Positions 39,601 to 52,300 of a DNA stretch of 64,000 nt are shown piece after piece (within the stretch, counting starts at the first letter, position 1; every line of letters starts with the position of its first letter). Origin of the DNA: Owenia fusiformis (taxonomy: Eukaryota); assembly GCA_903813345.2 (NCBI GenBank), contig CAIIXF020000001.1, positions 21,638,001-21,702,000 on the forward strand. The letters are read 5' to 3'. The translations under genes were made by a program, and so were the position numbers. Under the pieces are notes generated by a model. That model was given only the letters and a program-made list of their open reading frames with translations. It searched no databases and was not told the origin of the DNA.

Positions 39601-41003
39601 ACAGATTGAACCATACAATCTATAGATCTAGAAAAAATATTGCAAACAATTAGTGTATTGTACAAAGATCAAATGTATGTAGATCAAATCTAAAAAAGAC
39701 TGATGACTCATACAGATTTCAAATATAGATGGCTGCATCATTACATTCTAAAACTTCTACAAACTCAGTTAATCATTTCCTAGACAGTTATTCTTGCAAA
39801 ATGAATTCCACTTACCATCTTTGACTATTTTGTTTGTGCTTTCTAAAAATAATGTTTCATTTGGTGACATTTTGTGGAAGACAACTTTTTGTATTGATGA
39901 TTTGCCACTCCTGAAAAAGTCAAATGATATATATGAGAAAGCTGGAACAGTGAAACCTGAACATCTCTGTAATCCAAACTCCTCTCCATTATGAAAACCT
40001 TTTCTCGGTCCTAATTTCAAACCTCCCATTCACTCCCATGTTAAAAAAAACTTGAATGTGAACACCTACTAATCCTTACACTTTTAGTCAGTTCCAGTAC
40101 GATTCAGATTAGACTGATCACATTTCAACAACAGGGGAAATAACCTCACACCGTACCTGCAGTTGTACCGTCCTTTAGGCTAACTTCATGTGATTATGAT
40201 TTGCTAGATTGAATTCCTCTGGGACCAGCCAAAAGTCAAATTAACCGGTGTTCACATTTCAAGTTTTTTTCAACATGTAGGTCAATGAGACCTAACAAAG
40301 TGGGACCGAAAAATATGTTCACACTGAGAGGTGTTCCGACAGAGGTGTCTGGATATACAGCGTCACCGTGTTGTAGTCTTTGACTCAATAGGCAAATAAC
40401 CATCAAACTTTAACAGCAAAATCACATTGAATGAACTTAATGATTCTGAAATTTTAAGACAAAATATGCAAGATTGACCACATTAATGAACTTTTCTTTG
40501 GTTATGTTTTTTGGACATGTCTTATCTCCTCCTTTCCATTCCAACCTTCTATTATGGATTTTCATTCTTTCAAACAATCTTGTTGTATTTTACTCACTTA
40601 ATGTTGAATCAGGGGTACCTCATATTGAAATAGAATTAATCAGATAAAAAGAAAAAATGATTCTGTCTAAATATGAAGAAACCAAAAAAATGAATATAAA
40701 GGGACAAGGATGAAGTGGCGATGATTACTCTTAGCTAAATGAAAGAGCAGCCCTTTCCCATAATAGGTGACTATTCCCATTTAGTGTAGGTTCAGGATGT
40801 ATGAGGAATGAGGATGGGACGACTGGTCGACATATGTGACAAAGCTCATACCTTCGTAATCCCATTAAGAGAATCCTTGGCTTTGAGTCTAATGCGGTTA
40901 CAATTGTGTCATGGTCTGGGTCATCTGCTCCATACCCATAATCCTTAGGGAATGAACCAACTACATAGCTACCCGTCGTGAATCCTCCGTCTCCTTCATA
41001 AGA
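33674..41003 (-). CDS. RRAGC: Ras-related GTP-binding protein RagC/RagD (Gtr2 family); start-codon exon not located
   Basis: Exons 41003-40852, 39910-39816, 39431-39298, 36481-36401, 36119-36001, 35753-35639, 35256-35114, 34409-34261, 33813-33674 (TAG): 1128 nt in frame. Motifs: [68 protein letters not shown], and roadblock-domain [26 protein letters not shown]. Probably a single co-orthologue of RRAGC and RRAGD. Confidence 0.96.
39107..39243 (-). CDS. Alternative (tandem-duplicated, putatively mutually exclusive) RagC/D exon covering the interswitch, G3 and switch II region
   Basis: Acceptor tgtttgtttttgcag|AA and donor CAG|gtttga; 137 nt, phase 1 to phase 0 like the canonical 134-nt exon 39431-39298. 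Open peptide (E)[45 protein letters not shown] aligns end to end with the canonical exon. Confidence 0.75.
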
Positions 41004-42270
41004 CTGCAATGAACAATCATGAAAATATATTCCATAACTGTAATAGATAACAAAACATTAACCTGCAAAATGTCACCACCTGCCATTTGTTACAGAAGCC
41101 TAACACCAACCACTGAACACCAACTGCTGAATCCCAAACACCATCCATAAGACCGTGGAGATCATAATAATATGACTTGTGTTGGGGACAATAACCAAGC
41201 TTGCCTTTTTATTCTCACATTGTAAACAAAACACCCAAACATGTATTAAGTTATTCATTGATATAATCATAATATCCAAGGGAAGACTTAATTTATTTCA
41301 AGGAAGGAAGGTTACTTGATTGACAAGATGATCAAAAAGTCAATATTAAACTAGACTCCAAATTAATTTGGAAGTTTGTTCAAAAACCAGCCTCCTGACC
41401 AATCTAAGATTACTGCTTCTGTTTTCGGTAAAAGAAGTATCTGTACATTCATGGACTTAAAACTTTTAAGTTAAAAGGTATGAAATCTTCAAACCTTAGA
41501 ATCAATCTGAAATCCCTGCCCAAATTCAAATAATTTATCATAGATGGTCAAGGTCCAAGATTAACAAGATATCATCTTATTCAGTAATCCAGTAAGTCAA
41601 GTTATGCCAATTCTTTAAATATTCATTTTTTCTTGTGATAGAACATAGATCTTATGATACCAGACAGTATGACTGAAAATCTGGTGGGGAATATGTGCTC
41701 TTTATTAGGAATAGACTTTATGACTGATTAGAAGGTCAAACCTGAAATAATATACTGAAATCTAATCATAGAAAAATACATCAACTCGTGCATTTATTTA
41801 TTGCCATGATTTGCGATTTTTATGTTTTTGCTATCTGAACCAAATTTTTCCAAACCTCTATCCAAAACAAACAAAATTATATATGTAATATTGTATGATA
41901 GAAGAGACAGGGATATGGGATGATGAAAATATGGGAAGTTGCATCCACTACCCTTCTCTTGAAAGCCTATGTAAATCCTTATGATTTTGTTTCAATACAT
42001 ACAATAGTTCTCTTGAAATCCCATGGACTAATGGAATAATCTGGGAGTGACCTTCGTTGAATCTGGGAGTGACCTTCGGCGAACTGGAGTCTCTAGCCAA
42101 TTCTAGCCACTGGGATGATTTTACTTGTAAAGCAGGCCACAAGAACCCACGAAATAAGAAATAAGGCTCAGACTAGGTTTAACTACTAGGTTTATCTACT
42201 TTAAATGGGCTTGTCACCATTTGCAGATTATTAAAGTAGTTGTACAGCTTGTTGAACTACATGTAGCCTT

Positions 42271-43019
42271 AACCTGATTTCCCGGCCTGACTTCGTCAGT
42301 AGAACTTGAAATATAAGAGCTACCTGAAGATTAGGAGTCTTACTTACCCTCTAGAGGTTAAAACACACATTTCAATGAAACCATATCAGCTTTGTTTTGT
42401 TCATAATGAAGCATAAGCACAGTACTTGATTGAAATTTGTGTAAATGTTTTTTGGTCTTTTCCATTTTCCTCATGTTAACTTCCGGGAAGGCGTTGCCCC
42501 TATCACAAAATAATGTATTGACCTTGAACTTTTATTCTTTGACATGTCATCTAACCATTTCTGATGTGAAAATAATCAAAAAAAATAAAATATTAGGAAA
42601 GAATGTTTTGCGGTCGTTTGTGAACTATTGGTCTGAATGAAATGCTGCGCAGAAAGTATGAATGGGTCGTCTGCTGTATAAGTCTATTAATACAGTAGGA
42701 CCTGTTTGTGATGCTTTATAATTTAGACAAAAGTATAGACACACATGTGTAAATTCTAAAATCGACGAAGAAACATTCAATTTTCACAAATGTTTAGTAA
42801 TTTATTATATTGGAACTTCCGTAACTTACAAGGAAATCATTCATTTTCACGGTCCATATTTTACCCCTTGGATATTGCGCTAAATGCTCTATGGTTGACG
42901 CAAAAAGGTGATAAGGTTTCATTGAAATGTGTGTTCTAACCTCTAGAGGGTATGTAAGACTCCTAATCTTCAGGTAACTCTTATATTTCAATTCAGAAGT
43001 CAGGCCAGGAAATCGGGTG
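42271..43019. mobile_element. MITE with ~115-bp imperfect TIRs
   Basis: 42271-42388 is the reverse complement of 42909-43019 (tgaagattaggagtcttac...ctctagaggtta...cacacatttcaatgaaacc). Confidence 0.8.
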
Positions 43020-43048
43020 TACAGTACTCTCTGAAAATCTTAGAAATA

Positions 43049-44830
43049 CAGTTTGGAACAAAAATAATGATACGTGGATTTGATGAAGTGAGGATTTCCC
43101 ATGTTAAAAACTAGAAAAACAGCAACTCCACGGAGTAGCAAATCCCACCGAACAAAACATGTTTTGATAAAAAAATTGAGCCAAATTCATCCACTGGTAT
43201 TTGAATTATCAAAGATTATGTCTTTATGAAACATGGTTGCCATTTTGAAATTCAGCTGTCATCTTTAGATTTCTTCTTTAGCAGAGAATGGAATTCAGCT
43301 ATCGCCTTTAAAATTTCTTCTGAAGCAGATCTCCTTTTTCCCTAAACATCAGCATATAAAATTGGAACCAAATCCATTCACTAGTATTTGAGTTATCATT
43401 AATTACGTTTTTTTAGAGAAAAATCGCGGCCATTTTGAAATTCAGTGGCCATCTTGAAAATTTATTTTTGAGCAGAACATTTTTGTCTCTAGGCATCAGC
43501 ATATAGAATTTGAACCAAATCAGTCAACTGGTATTTGAGTTATCAAAGGTTATGTTCTTTTATGAAAAATGGTGGCCATTTTGAAATTTAGCTACCACCT
43601 TGAAAATCCCTTCTCGAGAAGAGCTCCTATGTCCCTAGGCATCATCATGTAAAATTTGAACCAAATCCATTCAATTATAATTGAGTTATCAAAGATAATG
43701 TTTTTTTATGAAAAATGGCCGCCATTTTATAATTTAGCTGCCATCTTAAAAATCCTTTCTTGAGCAGAGCTCCTATTTCCCTAGGCATCAGCATCTAAAA
43801 TCTAAACCAAATCCATTCAATGGTATTTGAGTTATCAAAGATAATGTTTTTTTACGAAAAATGGCCGCCATTTTGAAATTTAGCTGCCATCTTGAAAATC
43901 CTTTCTCGAGCAGAGCTCCTATGTCCCTAGGCATCGGCATCTAAAATTTGAACAAAATCCATTCAATGGTCTTTGAGTTATCAAAGATAACGTTTTTTTA
44001 CGAAAAATGAAATTTGGTGGCCATCTTGAAATTGTCTTCTTGAGCAAGGCTCCTTTGTACCAAGGCAACAGCATATAAAATTTTAACCGAATCCATTCAC
44101 AAGTATTTGAATTATTAAAGATTATATTTTTTCCGAAAAATGGCCGCCATTTTGAATTTAGCGGCCATATTGAAAATTCCTTCTCGAGCAGAGGTCCTAC
44201 ACCCATAAGGCATAAGCCTATAAAATTTGAATGAAATTGGTCAACCGGTATTTGAGTTATTGCCCGGACACACGAACGGACGAACGGACAGACGAACGGA
44301 CGGACGAACGGACGGACGAATGGACGGACGAACGGACGGACGGACGAACGGACGGCTTTTCTATATCCCCCTCGAACTTCGTTCGGTGGGATAATAAGAG
44401 AATTTTCAAGAGGTCATACATCAGTGGAAGAGAGTATACAAAATGTAAATATACAAATTTTAAGGGATATATACAGTATCTAGACAATATTTGAGACCAT
44501 AGGGCTTTCAAAACACCATGGTTTGCATATGGTGAAGAGGGGGAGAAACCCCAGGGTTCAAAGATGACATACGCTTATAATATAAATCTGTATTGAGATG
44601 ACATTGTCGCTGATTGGTTAAGATTGATTGGTTAAGCGAGTCAATCGTTGATTGGTTTAAAACTAGGTCAATTTGAAAACTTTCAAAAATCAAGATGGAG
44701 GGTATAAGTACTTCCGGGAAAGGAGGTGCACGAAGGAGGAAATCTTATGCCATCAATTGAATCATGGGGTTTTCCCTCCTCTTCATATGTTGATAGAAAA
44801 TCCACCTGTCATTTATTTTGTTCCAAACTC
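43049..44830. mobile_element. MITE (cagtttggaacaaaa...ttttgttccaaact) interrupted by a HINE insertion; shorter inverted sister copy at 49093-49329
   Basis: TIR-like ends. Sequence on both sides of 43111-44394 is colinear with the reverse complement of 49093-49329. Confidence 0.75.
43111..44394 (-). mobile_element. Helentron-associated non-autonomous element (HINE/pearl-like) with an internal ~140-bp tandem array and a GGAC/GAAC microsatellite
   Basis: Subterminal IRs atcccaccgaac (43142) and gttcggtgggat (44381), hairpin actccacggagt, CTAG at the minus-strand 3' end, microsatellite at 44265-44355. Same design as 5700-7131. Confidence 0.85.
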
Positions 44831-45578
44831 ACGGATACTGGGAAGTCCTCCATCTAGGAGGTATATACACCAGGTTATGCGAATAAAAATTAAAAAATAT
44901 GAAAAAAATATGGTCACCTGTCCTCTAGATTCAATTTTTGAATGAATCGTAGCATAATGTACAGATTATTTGATATCATGCTATTCTTGAAACATTTATA
45001 CGCAAAAATAACTGGGTCGCTCACCTCTTATGCCTATATGTGTTCAGTAATCATCAATTCTCGTGAGTAAAATTTCTCCAGGCCATTGAAAGGTCCGCGC
45101 AGAAATTTACAATTTCTACTGCGCATGTGTGAAACACTGGACGAAATGGTATGGTAAATTTCAAGCTATTTGATTGGTCGAAAAAATCACGCGCCTTTGC
45201 GTGATTTGCTTTATTCTCGCGAGATAAGGCGCTCCGTCCCCTTTAATTTTTATTTTGAACAACCATTATGATTTGGTGCACTATCTGACCAATAAAGCAG
45301 ATTTGGGGGTATGAATATTTTTTTTATTTTTCTGTTTAGTGTTTTCTACAGGCCCTATGTGTCTCAGGGTATTTGTTTAACGAAAACTAGACAAATAATT
45401 TACTTTAAAAATACATATTTTTTATTTTGGATGGAAGCTGCGCAACCTGACAAATAATATAAGAAATATATGGAGGAGTTCCCATAACCATGTCCAAACT
45501 GTACAACATTTATACTATGTCTATGTCTATGTCAATAATCTGCAAAAGGCCAATAAGCCCATATGAAGCAGATATATA

Positions 45579-48500
45579 CACTCTGTTAAGCATGATAAAA
45601 GGCAAGAAGTTTAGTTAGAAATAAAAGAGTTATCTCATGAATGGGACCCTTACATGGCTCCTAAAAGGTAGAAGACACTAAATGGTGTGACACTATAAGC
45701 TGAATTTTGTCCACATAGAGCATGTGCACAATACTAAAGACATGTAAAATTGAACTGTCAAAATAATAGAAATTACTCACCAGCTCGCCTCTACCGGAAG
45801 TTATGATACGTTATGGTGTAACTACGGTAATTAATTTTAAAATATTGAAAAAATCAACAACATTCAATTTCTAGGGTGTACAACCATTTTCGAGCGAATT
45901 TGCCGATATAATAACAATATTTTTGAGTTCCCCTAGGCTATATATAAACTTCATCAATACACAGTATATTCAACATAGGTTTTGCTTCTCGATTTTTAAA
46001 TATCACTATGCAAAGACAGGGACTCATTTTAGGTAAAATCATTGCTTCACCAATGAAAATTAAAGGGAACGTTAGCTCACAAAATAAATAAATCCATTAC
46101 AATGTTAAGTATATGATTTGAAAGATTGTCTGGATTATGTGTGATCGATTGATGCATAAACAAACATATTCATTTCAACTTGCAGGCCTCCATTCTGGCT
46201 CATGTATAGGCCTAATACGCCACATTGCCTTATGTATTGTACTGCCCATGCGTGCATACTTAATGCGTGACGTCACATCGACAGAGATCAGCGATCAAGT
46301 TTGACTAAAAAATTAAAAGATCCACACTTAACAGCACAAAAATGATATCAATGATCGCCTATTTTATATCAAATAAGTGTAGGATGTAAGGTTTAACATT
46401 TTTCATGTTATTTAGTATTTACAGAAGCAGAGCTTGTAAAGAAACCAAGTTTTAAATTCCGATTTTGACTGTTGACAAAAATAAAGAAAAGAGAGAAAGA
46501 GGCGACTTGTTAGAAACAATGACATGAAATTGTGAATAAAAAAGATATTATTGTGGGTTTTATTTTTTGAGAGTTCATCAAATAAACTCATGTGTATTAA
46601 TTTAATTATGTATTGTAATACCTCTCAGTTCTACCAAGGATTATAAAAACTGATCGAAATGGCTTCGTTTTTAAAGATCTAATAGCAAAGGTTTTGCAAA
46701 AATAAATCAATGTAGTATAAAACAAATGTATGTATTATGAAGAAATAAATATATAATGAAAAAAATAGATATGTGTTTGTAATATTGGTATAAACTTAAG
46801 ATTAAAAAGTGTCACTATCTCTTTTATTTTTCAACAAATATAGGCTCACGTGACATGTGACGCGGGGCAGTCAATTTTGATCTATCGTAGACCATATCAG
46901 TATCAAATTACTGATATTTCAACCTCGTCTTGCGAGGCCATTTTGATTTGAAACATCTTGAATTTGGTGTCAAAATGAAGCTGGTCACGCCCACTTTCAG
47001 AGTTATCAATGAATCATTTACTACGACTACTATATTCATTTAGGAGGCGTGTAAAGTTAACCAATCAGAAAGACAATTGTTCCATATATGGCAGTTCATT
47101 AACATATTCAGTGTTTACTACTGCTTTTCACGTCATGACAACACGAGTAGTAACCAATCAAGATGCCGTATTTTATCACGTGAGTTCAGAGTGACACGCA
47201 CGCGACATGTCTGGGGTGATCGCGATGTTGAACAATTTCTTCTCGGAATTTGTCCAGAGAAATCAGCGATTCTAAATTAAGGTAGGATCTGCCATTTTTT
47301 CCTGTACAAGTTATAACTTATCTCTATCGAATCCTAAAGTTTTGGAAGAAGATATGAAGCGTAGGTTTAAAAACGAAGCGATTAATTTGACGATCTGATT
47401 TTGCAATTTGCAATGGCCAATTTACTGCAAGTCCAGTGCATGTATTTGACAAGAGATAGCGCCAAGTCTGGTATCTAAATGCTTGTTAAGCCACTCAAAA
47501 ACAAGATCCATATCTTCTAAATTTGATAACTTTGCAGAAAACCTGTTTTCATAATCTGTTTTCCGCGTCTAGATTCAAACTGAGTATGATAATAGGATCG
47601 CTGGAATCTTCAGTCAATGGCAACGGGTCTTCATTCCAGAACTCACATTTTTAGTTGATTCTCCGTCATAGTTCTTGTTTAAAGTCCCCATATCTGCTCT
47701 CTTACTGCCATACTTGCACACATTTCCCCTCCTTAAATTGTCTTCATTCAAATTACACCCTCTCGCCGATTTATATAGTCATTTCCCAGAACCCGGGAAT
47801 CAGAATCGCTGATGTTTGCCATATTGAACATATTATATGTACTGTAATATCTGTACATTGACTGCTACGCGTAATGGTCACGTGACTAGCGCGATACAGG
47901 AAAAATGGGGAATTTCGAAACAACATTTTTTGGGCACTTTTATTGCAAATTTCAGGTATTTATAAAGTGTTTGTGGTATAAAATATAATCCACAGACATA
48001 AATGAACATCCAAACTAGATGTTTCATTAAGTTTTGGAGCCTTTTTTGCTCTTAAATCAACATCTTTAAAGTATAAAAAACACTACCCTACCCGGAAGTA
48101 GTATAACATGTATATTGAAACCATGTGTAAACTGTAAATCACGTGAATTGGCTGATGCAATCAGGATGTGACTAGTACAAAGTAACTATGATGCAATCAG
48201 GATATGACTTGTGCAAAATAATTGGTTTCACCTAGAATTCGCGATCTTTGCTCTTTAGCATAACATGAAGACATGTTTTGTGTTTAAGTAGCTAGATTCA
48301 AATACAAACTAAATGAATATAACATAAACCAACCATCATTTGTTCCAATCATGGCGAATTTTCAAGGAAATACGTGTAACTGAATGTAAATCAACAGCGG
48401 AGCTCTTCAATTATGAGGTGAGAAAAATGTAAAAATAAAAACAAAAATAAATCTCACAGAATAGAGCTATTTATACGATTCTAAGTACATTTTAAGTGCT

Positions 48501-49019
48501 CCATACATTAATGTAAGTATAAAAGCCATTAACCTCAACTGGGAAGCACTTTCCAACTATTTTTACGGCTTGAATTGTAAGAAAATGGCACTTATCTCAA
48601 AAAATGGAAAATTGAAAGAAGCTCAATTTATTGTGAAGATGAAGTTTATATATATCTGTATATGGGGGTGCGAATATATAGTCATAGTATGGGCTAATTC
48701 GCTTAAAAATGGCGATATATACCTCAGAACTTGTATTTTGTGATTTTTTCAATATTTTAAAATTAATTACCGTAGTTACACCATAACGTATCATAACTTC
48801 CGGAAGAGGCGAGCTGGTAAGTATATTTCAGTTCTTTTGACAATTCAATTTTACATGTCTTTAGTATTGTGCACATGCTCTATGTGGACAAAATTCAGCT
48901 TATAGTGTTACATCATTTAGTGTCTTCTACCTTTTAGGAGCTATGTAAGGGTCCCATTCATGAGATAACTCTTTTATTTCTAACTAAACTTCTTGCCTTT
49001 TATCATGCTTAACAGAGTG
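45579..49019. mobile_element. 3.4-kb non-autonomous DNA transposon with ~280-bp highly similar TIRs and TA flanks
   Basis: TA|cactctgttaagcatgataaaaggcaag... (45579-45860) is the reverse complement of ~48740-49019 (...atcatgcttaacagagtg|TA). No long internal ORF. Confidence 0.85.
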
Positions 49020-49092
49020 TAATTTAACAGTGATAGAATTTGAATAGAATAGAATTTAAAACCTTAATCTAACATTTAAAAATAGATCTATA

Positions 49093-49329
49093 CAGTTGGG
49101 GACAAAAATAAATGACAGGTCGATTTTCGATCACCAATTCCTAATTATGGTGGTCTGAAAGCCCATAATTTCAAATATTGTCTAGATATATATCCCTTTA
49201 AATTTGTATATTTTACATTTTGTATAATCTCATCCACTGATGTATGGCCTCTTGTAAATTCTCTTATTTTTAACATGGGAAATCCTCACTTCAGCAAATC
49301 CACCTGTCATTTGTTTATGTCCCCAACTG
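49093..49329. mobile_element. Short MITE with TA flanks
   Basis: TA|cagttggggacaaaaataaatgacagg ... cctgtcatttgtttatgtccccaactg|TA. Confidence 0.85.
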
Positions 49330-52300
49330 TAGACTATAAAAGTGGTTCAAGCTTCACAAAAACTGTGTTTGTTTCATATAAATCATACTGCATTAATAAA
49401 GAAGAACCATTTGTTCTCACAAATAATATGAAATTCTTATTGCCATAGCTTTAGAAATAGCAGAGGATATATCATAAGCTGAAATATTTTCTAAAAACAC
49501 CTACCGCCATCTTGGATGAAAATCATGTGACCTGCACATGAATTTGTTTCACTATGCATTCCCTGTCATAAAATAGCTATATTTTGTCAAACAATTGTAT
49601 TTTGTATTGTGATACTAAATATCATATGCCAGAAATATGTGTAACTTTGAAAATTAAGGGGTTTTCTTGGTATTTCCCATGCGACATTTAAAGAAACATG
49701 TTGACTTCCTATTTCCGGTTTTAAGTGGAATAAAAATGTTCGAAGTTATCTCATAATTAAATCAGTTTGGTAAGTCAAACTTATGTTATTATCGTAAATT
49801 AAGGTACACAACTTCGTTTGATAGTGTCTTTTCTAAGTCGACAGAATTTAGGAATATATTTATCTCTGAAGCAACAAAGCAGTCCATGTCTTCTCAAAAG
49901 TGATTTTCAGCATCAAGCATGTTTTTCATTGGTTTCATTTAGATTAGACTTGCCTATCTAAGATAGATTTTTGCACATGTTAAGAAATCCTACCGGTCCG
50001 AGCCGCAATCGTCCAAATCCCATTTGTCCGATTTGTCCAATACCAATCGTCTGAATCCCAATCGCCTGAATCCCATTGGTCCGAATCCCGCCTTTAAACT
50101 TAATTTTAAGATCAAGATAAAGATGCAAGAAATGTAAGAACGTGGAATAAACCATCAAGTTGATGTGTGATTATTGTGTGAAACTTTCATTGGTCCATTG
50201 ATTAAAAAAAATTCTCCCAACCTTAATCCATGTTTGTATGTATTGTCGGGGCGATAAAAGTCATACTAATATCAAGTTCCAACCCGCACAATTGAGTTAA
50301 GTCAAACATATATACATGAAATCAATCCCACGTTATATACACGAGAACTTGCTTATTGTTTCATATCGAGTCATTGAGTCTCAGCTCCCGGGAACTAAGT
50401 CAAAAAATATTTGTGAAAACGCTTTGCAGATTGTTATAAGGACCTATATTTTGATCAATTGTGGAAATATACGTGAAGAGGAGTGTCAAACAAAACTGAA
50501 ATGATGTGTTCAAAATCGGACCCTGTATATTTCAATGGGGATAAAACCTGAATGTAAAAAATCTGTTCCCGTAATTTGAGCTCTTCACCACGGGAGGTGA
50601 GGATATTGATAGGAGGTGAGGATATTGTTGTCATTCTGAACTGTCGTATATAAGTCTATTATACAAGTTTTATTTTCTGCTCCCACATTGCGTCAACGTC
50701 AGGCTTTATTTCTGATTGTATACGCTCTTGTAATATTCATGCAAACATAAAATATGAGTTTGAATGAAACGCCCATTGAAGCAAAATGTTAGATAAAACC
50801 CACAATTTTTATGACTATGAAGATCTATTGATTTTTTGACGTCTAGATAGGTTGTAATAACTGTTTTTTCACCTAATCTTTATCTAATTGTTGCCCTTGA
50901 AGACCATTGTTGCTTGATTTGTAGCAAAAATACTCGCTCAATGAAAAATAAATCTTTGTTTTGCATATGAAATTGCATAGAGTATTGTAATTAAATGCAG
51001 GTTGGAATGAAATGATTGAAGCATTGAAACCTAATGTACCTTCAATATTAAAATAAAAGATGTTTAAGAATAGAACAAAGAATTTTGCATTTTGTGGCAC
51101 AGAAAACTGGCATGTATGGAATTGGTTATAAGGTGCAGATCCATGATCCAGGATTCTGTGTTAATGGGGGGGGGGCGTACTTATAACTGAGAGCAAAGCG
51201 AACTGCCTGAGTGAGCGTAGCAAACAAGTTCGAGAATAGGGGGTTCTCCCCCAGATAATATTGAAAATTGAACATCATTTGTTGCATTCTGACCAATTCC
51301 AAAATTTCGAAAATTGAACATTCCTGGGTCAGATTTCAACGTATGCAATGGGTTATTGACAATCCATAACAATATATTTTGTCCAATCTATCTGTCTTTT
51401 TAGGGGGGGGAGGGGGGCTAGTGGTTATATGATTACATGCTATAATGGTCTGTCAGCCTTTTTGTGAAGGTGTGACTCATTTGAGAGCATGTTGGACTCA
51501 TGTTGAGTGCCAGTTTTTAGAATATCATATATCAACTGATATCAAATATAAAGCATTCGTTCTCTTTAATGTAAGAGCTGCTAGAAAGATGGTGCTTCAA
51601 AAAACAAGTAGACATGCTTTACATCTAAGGCAGTCACTGAGATATACAGATATGTTGATAGATTACTCTTGACCATCAGGATACTTGCAAGTCATTGAAA
51701 GTACATTCAGCCTTTATCCTATAGTTTATTAATTAATGATCCTGTATGTTGAAGATGTGGACTATATGAAATAAAACTTGTATGATAAGTTCGTAAAAAT
51801 TAATTACTTTGTCGAGCAAACTGTCAGTGTTGGTCGGAAATAATAAATTGATAGAAATAATTTGGATAATTGGATCTGCTGGTTAAAGAGGAAATGGTAA
51901 AATATCTGTTAATCATTATTTCATTACTGTTATTACTATTCTTCCATAATAACAGTAAGCTATAAATGTAATAAAAGTTGCAAAAATAGAGGAAGCAATC
52001 TATACCACTGACATATGCACGAAAGAGTGAACACTTAAAAATCTGTTATTTGACAAACATAGCTGTAGTTAATAGGGACTGTACTGGCAATTATTCCAGA
52101 AAGGAGTTGACTTAGATACGAGAAAGTTCTAATTAGATTGGTAGGTACTTTCTCTTCATAAATTTCAAGTTGTTTAAAAACATTATTTTATTGGGATCCT
52201 TTTTTATTTTCGTACTTTCAAGACATTTTGTAAAGGAGGGGGGGGGGGGTCTTAATGCAAGACTATGTGGCTCTGTTTAATAAACATTGTATATATCGAA

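Noticed and set aside
45640-45662. gagccATGtaagg in the left TIR as a candidate Rag start exon
   Set aside because: The ATG is followed by TAA, and splicing at the gtaagg donor would leave only AT, which does not rebuild an in-frame start.
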